Of a DNA stretch of 64,000 bases, positions 59,271 to 64,000 are shown one piece after another. Numbering within the stretch: position 1 is the first letter of the stretch; every line of letters starts with the position of its first letter. The DNA is from Candidatus Hydrogenedentota bacterium (GTDB taxonomy: Bacteria > Hydrogenedentota > Hydrogenedentia > Hydrogenedentales > SLHB01): contig JADLGB010000142.1 of the NCBI GenBank assembly GCA_020849535.1, forward strand, positions 2,688 through 66,687. The letters are read 5' to 3'. The notes under the pieces are model-generated. The model did not search any database. It was not told where the DNA came from and was given only the letters and a program-made list of their open reading frames with translations. A program made the translations under genes and the position numbers.

Positions 59271-60791
59271 TCAGGCAGTGACCTCCTGGCGGGTGCGCGC
59301 GCTGAGAATCTTCATGTCGTGTATGTGGAAGTCCGAAACGGATTCAATGGCAATCTCGCGGTCAAACTTCTGGGCCACGTCGTCCAGCAACTCCTTGTTC
59401 TCCGTGCGCAGCCGCCGGGCCACATCGGGGTGGAGCTGGAGAATCAGGCGCTTTTCCTTGGATTTGCAGAAGAGTGTGTGCAACTTGCGGATCGTGTCGA
59501 ACGTCATCGTAGTCACCGAGCGGACCATACCGCTCCCTTCGCAATAGGGACAGGGCTGAGAGAGCGCCTTGACGAGGTTGTGTTTTACGCGTTTCCGGGT
59601 CATCTCGATCATGCCCAATTCGCTGATCTCCGAAATCGTCGTCTTGGCGCGATCGTTCTGGAGGCATTCCTGGAGTTTGCGGATGAGTTCCTTGCGGTTC
59701 TTCTCATACTGCATGTCGATGAAATCGATTACGATGATGCCGCCCAGATCGCGCAGGCGCACCTGGCGCGCGATTTCCTCGGCGGCGTCGAGGTTGGTCT
59801 TGAGAACGGTTTCTTCGAGATGCTTGGTGCCCGTGAAGCGGCCGGTATTGACGTCGATGGCGACGAGGGCCTCGGTCTGATCGATGCAGATGTGGCCACC
59901 GCTCTTGAGATAGACCCTGCGGTGCAGCGCCTTCTCGATTTCTTTCTCGATGTTGAACTTGTCGAAGATGGGGCGCTTGCCGTTGTACAGCTTGACGCGC
60001 TTCTTCAGGTTTGGCGCGAACTTGTCCAGGAACTCGAGGATGCTCTTCTCCTCGGCCTCGCTGTCGATGGTGAGTTTCTCGACATCGCGCGTGAACAGAT
60101 CGCGCACCATCCGCAGGATGGGGCTGAGGTCTTCGTGCAGGAGGCACGGCGCCTTCATGGTCTCCATCTTGTCCTTGATGTCGGTCCACACGGTACTCAG
60201 GTATTTGATGTCGTCCTGGAAGTCACCCTTCTTTTTGCTCTCGCCGGCGGTGCGCAGGATCATGCCGAGGCCGGGCGGCCGGATCGATTGCAGGGTCTTG
60301 CGCAGGCGTTCGCGTTCGCGCTCGCTGCCGATCTTGCGCGACACGCCGAGGTGTTTCACCGTCGGCATCAGCACGATGTAGCGGCCGGGCAAGGTGACGT
60401 AATTCGTGAGGCGGACGCCCTTGGTGCCCAGCGTGTCCTTGCTGACCTGCACCATGATGTGCTGGTTCTTCTTGAGTAGCGTCTCGATGCTGGGAGGCTT
60501 GCCGCGCTGGGACCGCTCTTTGGGCTTAGCCGTGCCTTCCTCGAACACGAAATCGCCGGTGCCCTCCGCTCCCGCGATATCGGACACGTACAGGAAGCCG
60601 TTCTTCTCCAAACCGATGTCGATGAACGCCGCTTGGATGCCTGGCACGATCGAGTCCACTCGGCCCTTGTAGATGTTACCGACGACGCTGCGGCTTTCGT
60701 GACGATCGATCAGCAATTCAGTAAGCCGCTTTTCCTCGATGAGCGCGATGCGTGTTTCGAGCGGTTCCACATTGATGATGAATTCCTTCAT
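59271..60791 (-). CDS. rng: Rne/Rng-family ribonuclease (RNase G)
   Basis: 506 aa. It has an S1 domain (GNIYKGRVDSIVPGIQAAFIDIG) and the catalytic core motifs ALVAIDVNTG and GGIIVIDFIDM. Confidence 0.9.
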   Translation of the reverse strand: MKEFIINVEPLETRIALIEEKRLTELLIDRHESRSVVGNIYKGRVDSIVPGIQAAFIDIGLEKNGFLYVSDIAGAEGTGDFVFEEGTAKPKERSQRGKPPSIETLLKKNQHIMVQVSKDTLGTKGVRLTNYVTLPGRYIVLMPTVKHLGVSRKIGSERERERLRKTLQSIRPPGLGMILRTAGESKKKGDFQDDIKYLSTVWTDIKDKMETMKAPCLLHEDLSPILRMVRDLFTRDVEKLTIDSEAEEKSILEFLDKFAPNLKKRVKLYNGKRPIFDKFNIEKEIEKALHRRVYLKSGGHICIDQTEALVAIDVNTGRFTGTKHLEETVLKTNLDAAEEIARQVRLRDLGGIIVIDFIDMQYEKNRKELIRKLQECLQNDRAKTTISEISELGMIEMTRKRVKHNLVKALSQPCPYCEGSGMVRSVTTMTFDTIRKLHTLFCKSKEKRLILQLHPDVARRLRTENKELLDDVAQKFDREIAIESVSDFHIHDMKILSARTRQEVTA

Positions 60792-60903
60792 GGCGTCTCC
60801 AGGTGAGGGACGGAGGAGGCGCGCGCGCGGACATAGATCGAATGGACCGGCGTGAAGGCGCCGGCGTGCAACACGCGCGCGTAAACTCTGCCCATCACAT
60901 AAA

Positions 60904-62082
60904 TCAGGCGAAAAACCCTTTTCTCACATGGACACTCAACACCGTGCCCACGCACATCATAGTCGTAACGTAGAAAGAGCCGCCGTAGCTCAGGAAAGGC
61001 AGCGGCAGCCCCGTGACGGGCAGCAGATTCAGGGTGATCGCGATGTTCACAAGCACATGGAACGCGATCACGCTGACGCTGCCCAGGGCAAGCAGGCCCC
61101 CGGCAAGGTCGGGGCAGTCCCGGGCGAGGGATAGACCCCGCAACAGGAACAGGGCATAGAGCCCGATGAGGATCACGCCGCCGACGAAGCCCATCTCCTC
61201 CGCGAAGAGGGCGAAAATGAAGTCCGTGTGGTACACCGGCAGGAAGCGCATGTGGGTCTGGGTGCCCTTGCCGAAACCCTTGCCCCACATCTGGCCGCTG
61301 CCCACGGCGATCTTGGTCTGGGTGATTTGATATCCAGCGTCCTTGGCGAAGTTGGGGTCCGCCTCCGGGTGGAAGAAGGACACGATGCGGGTCTTCTGGT
61401 GATCCTTGAGGGGCAGATGGTCCAGATTGAAGTACGCCAGCGGCGCGATGGTGCAACCGGCCAACACGATGGCCAGGATGTGCCGGCGGCGGCAACCGGC
61501 GGCGAACAGCATTACAAAGACCAGCGGAGATGCGACAATGGCGGTGCCCAAGTCGCCCTGGATCAGGATCAACAGGATCAGAACCCCCGCGATGGCCAAG
61601 GCCCCAATGAAATAGGCGAGCTTGTAGATGCGCTCCTGGTAGCGTGATAGATACCAGGCCAGCGTGTAGATGAGCGCCACCTTGCTGAACTCCGAGGGCT
61701 GGAGTTGCACGCCAAGTACACGGAGCCAGTGCTGGCCGCCCATGGCCGTGAACCCGATGAGCGGTACCGCGATCAGGAGCAAGACCGCCAGCCCATAGAA
61801 GAACGGCGCCATGGACACAAGCGCCCGGTAATCCATACATGCGATCAGCACCGCCATCAGGATTCCGAGGGTGCAGAAGAGGATCTGCTTCACGTAGTAC
61901 TTTGAAAAAAACGCCACATCCGCCGCGGCGCTTTGGCTGGCGCTATACAGCGTGAAGAGACCGGCGATCGACAAGGCCAGTGTGAGGCCCACCAACAGCC
62001 AGTCCAGCCGACGCAGGTTACGGTAGTTGAACGTGTGGATGTGGGCTTCCAGCAGGTTGAGATCGCGCTCGATCCGGCTCAT
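60904..62082 (-). CDS. rodA: rod shape-determining SEDS protein RodA
   Basis: It belongs to the FtsW/RodA/SpoVE family, with about 10 TM segments. The motifs are QPSEFSKV, HTDFIFA and PLPFLSYGGS. It has an ATGA overlap with mrdA. Confidence 0.9.
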   Translation of the reverse strand: MSRIERDLNLLEAHIHTFNYRNLRRLDWLLVGLTLALSIAGLFTLYSASQSAAADVAFFSKYYVKQILFCTLGILMAVLIACMDYRALVSMAPFFYGLAVLLLIAVPLIGFTAMGGQHWLRVLGVQLQPSEFSKVALIYTLAWYLSRYQERIYKLAYFIGALAIAGVLILLILIQGDLGTAIVASPLVFVMLFAAGCRRRHILAIVLAGCTIAPLAYFNLDHLPLKDHQKTRIVSFFHPEADPNFAKDAGYQITQTKIAVGSGQMWGKGFGKGTQTHMRFLPVYHTDFIFALFAEEMGFVGGVILIGLYALFLLRGLSLARDCPDLAGGLLALGSVSVIAFHVLVNIAITLNLLPVTGLPLPFLSYGGSFYVTTMMCVGTVLSVHVRKGFFA

Positions 62083-64000
62083 TGGCCGACCTCCCGGCGC
62101 GCAATCGTCAGCGGCTGCGCCACGCTGGCCGAGCCTGGCTCATCCGGCCGGTTCAAGTAGAAGTACTCGTATATTTGCCGGGCGATTGGCGCCGCCGTCG
62201 AGCTTCCGTGCAGGCCATGCTCGACGATCACACTCACCGCGATGCGCGGCGAGCGGTCCGTGACACCCGAGATAAACAGCGCATGGTCGCGCAACTCGTA
62301 GGGGATATCTTCCTCGTTGGCGTAGTGCTTGACGTGCTGCAATCCGGCCACCTGGGCGGTACCCGTTTTGCCCAGGATGTCGAGGCCCTCGATCTTGGCC
62401 TCCTTTCCCGTGCCGGTCGGGGCTGGCTTGTCGCGCGCGACGCACTTGCGCATGCCCTCCGTCACGATCCGCAGCGTCTCTTCGCTGAAGAGCGGTTCGC
62501 TGACCTGAGGCCCGAGTTCCATGTTGAGATACGGACGTACGCGGCGCCCACCGTTGAGGACGGATGCCATCAGCACGGCGTTCTGCAGGGGCGTGGTGAC
62601 TACCTCGCCTTGGCCGATGGACATGTTGACCGTCTCGCCGGGGTACCACTTCTGATACCAGGGCTCGGTCTTGCCCGCCTTTAGAGCGAGCATCTTCTTG
62701 CGCTCGGGATCGGGGATAAGCCCGGTGACTTCACCAGGCAGGTCGATCCCGGTCTGAACGCCGAGGCCCAGTTTTGAGGACCATGCCTTGATGCGCTCAG
62801 CCCCCAACTTGAGCCCGACATTGTAAAAGTAGACGTCGCACGAGTACGCCAGCGCATCCACGACCGCTACTCCCCCATGTCCGCCATACTTTAGGCGCCA
62901 GCAACGCCAAGGCCGGGAAACCCCGGGGAGATAGAACTTCCCGCTGCATCCGAAAGTCGTGTGCTCGTTGATGACTCCTTCTTCCAATCCTGCAATCGCG
63001 AGCAGAACTTTGAACACGGAGCCGGGCGGATAGTGAAACTCATGGGCACGGCACAGCATGGGCTTGGTTTTGTCGCCGAGTGTCGCTGTGACCAACTGCC
63101 CCCTGTTGGGGCTGTTTGTCACGAAGATGCTGGGGTCATAGCCGGGGCTGCTCGCCATGGAGAGCACCTCGCCGGTTTCCGCGTTCAACACCACGACTGC
63201 GCCCGTCAGACCCTCAAGCAACCTTTCACACTCGCGCTGCAGTCCAATATCGAGCGTGGTGAAGATCGACCCGCCAGGAACCGGGTCGATGCGTTCCTCG
63301 ACCTCTAGCTCGCGCCCTTTGCTGTCCATCTCCACATAGGCATTGCCGCGTTCGTCGGTTTTCAATTGGGGCACACTGCCATTATAACGGCTGACGATCA
63401 TCGCGCCGTCCACGCCCTTCAGAACGTCCTCGTACTGCATTTCCAAACCGGAGCGGCCCGTGACATCCCCCATGCTGTAGCGCGGCTTGAGCCTCTTCCA
63501 TTCGTCGAGATCGATTTCGTTCATCCAGCCCAGCAATTGTCCCGCCGTCTGATTGTAGTAATAGCGCCGTTGGGGACGGGCCACGGTATACACGCCCGGC
63601 AACGCGAAGGAGCGCTCCTCGACCAGCGTGAGTTCCGTGCGCGAGATGTCGCGCTTCACCGGGATTTGCTCCCACGGCGCTTTTCGTTGCTCGGCGTTGG
63701 CGATAGCGGCCAGAAGAGCATCCTTGTCGATCTGGATGATCTGATTCAGCGTTTCGATCACGCTCGCCGGGTCGTTGCACAAAGCGGGGACCAGGACGAG
63801 ATCGTTTGCCGCGCGGTTGTCGGCGAGAACGACGCGCTCGTCGCGGCCGAAGATCACGCCCCGCGGCGACTTGAGGGGCTCGTTCATGAGCCGGTTGTTC
63901 TCGGCCTGATCGGCGTACTGGGCGCCGTCTATGACCTGCAATTGCCACAGGCGCAAACACAACCCGGCCAAGGCCAGCAACAAGGCGAACGCCAGCCAGG
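62079..64000 (-). CDS. mrdA: penicillin-binding protein 2 (elongasome transpeptidase); 5' end lies beyond the window
   Basis: The frame stays open to position 64000 (WLAFALLLALAGLCLRLWQLQ is the TM anchor). It has a pedestal domain followed by a transpeptidase domain with SVFK, SCD and KTGTA. It lies upstream of rodA in the classic mrdAB arrangement. Confidence 0.9.
   Translation of the reverse strand, partial: WLAFALLLALAGLCLRLWQLQVIDGAQYADQAENNRLMNEPLKSPRGVIFGRDERVVLADNRAANDLVLVPALCNDPASVIETLNQIIQIDKDALLAAIANAEQRKAPWEQIPVKRDISRTELTLVEERSFALPGVYTVARPQRRYYYNQTAGQLLGWMNEIDLDEWKRLKPRYSMGDVTGRSGLEMQYEDVLKGVDGAMIVSRYNGSVPQLKTDERGNAYVEMDSKGRELEVEERIDPVPGGSIFTTLDIGLQRECERLLEGLTGAVVVLNAETGEVLSMASSPGYDPSIFVTNSPNRGQLVTATLGDKTKPMLCRAHEFHYPPGSVFKVLLAIAGLEEGVINEHTTFGCSGKFYLPGVSRPWRCWRLKYGGHGGVAVVDALAYSCDVYFYNVGLKLGAERIKAWSSKLGLGVQTGIDLPGEVTGLIPDPERKKMLALKAGKTEPWYQKWYPGETVNMSIGQGEVVTTPLQNAVLMASVLNGGRRVRPYLNMELGPQVSEPLFSEETLRIVTEGMRKCVARDKPAPTGTGKEAKIEGLDILGKTGTAQVAGLQHVKHYANEEDIPYELRDHALFISGVTDRSPRIAVSVIVEHGLHGSSTAAPIARQIYEYFYLNRPDEPGSASVAQPLTIARREVGQ

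Noticed and set aside
59184-60479. 431-aa ORF on the + strand (related case: 60788..61840 on the - strand)
   Set aside because: The first is antisense to rng. The second is out of frame within rodA. Both real genes are strongly supported by family motifs.

Overview
GC-rich bacterial chromosomal segment with no rRNA, no CRISPR array and no intact mobile element. I call 46 protein genes, one candidate small ORF, two tRNAs (Gln-CTG, Glu-CTC), one transposase remnant and many short palindromic intergenic repeats. The gene content is a DUF1559/H-X9-DG pseudopilin-like protein, a PEP-CTERM protein, BNR/LamG/GH99-like/esterase exo-enzymes and a giant BlaR1-family protein. Together with the dense GC-rich REP-like repeats, this is what I associate with PVC-group or Hydrogenedentota-like environmental bacteria (inference only).

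Housekeeping blocks:
- ctaB-SCO1-DUF420 (cytochrome oxidase assembly)
- a CreBC-like two-component pair
- truA
- metF
- rng-rodA-mrdA at the right edge (mrdA runs off the window)

Most interesting observations:
1. A blaI-like repressor gene (33702..34076) is followed by a 1687-aa BlaR1-type M56 protease (34079..39142). Its C-terminal sensor is not the usual class-D-beta-lactamase-like domain. It is a close paralog of the transpeptidase domain of the resident PBP2 (mrdA, 62079..64000). The SxxK and KTG motifs are kept but the second-motif Ser is changed to Asn. ATTAC/GTAAT dyads lie in the divergent promoter region.
2. A Dlt/Alm-like carrier-protein-dependent esterification cluster spans 16976..22598. 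It comprises a fused MBOAT-SGNH protein, a carrier protein, a DltA-like adenylating enzyme and an extra acyl-CoA-dehydrogenase-like flavoprotein. The MBOAT appears to lack the canonical WH(I)SL histidine.
3. There is a low-GC single-gene islet (about 1900..3400).
4. At least seven unrelated REP/MITE-like palindromic repeat families are present, some arranged as nested inverted pairs flanking small genes.

Because of the high GC content, most long antisense or out-of-frame ORFs in the six-frame track are shadow ORFs and were rejected. All functional calls rest on motif recognition by eye. No searches were run.
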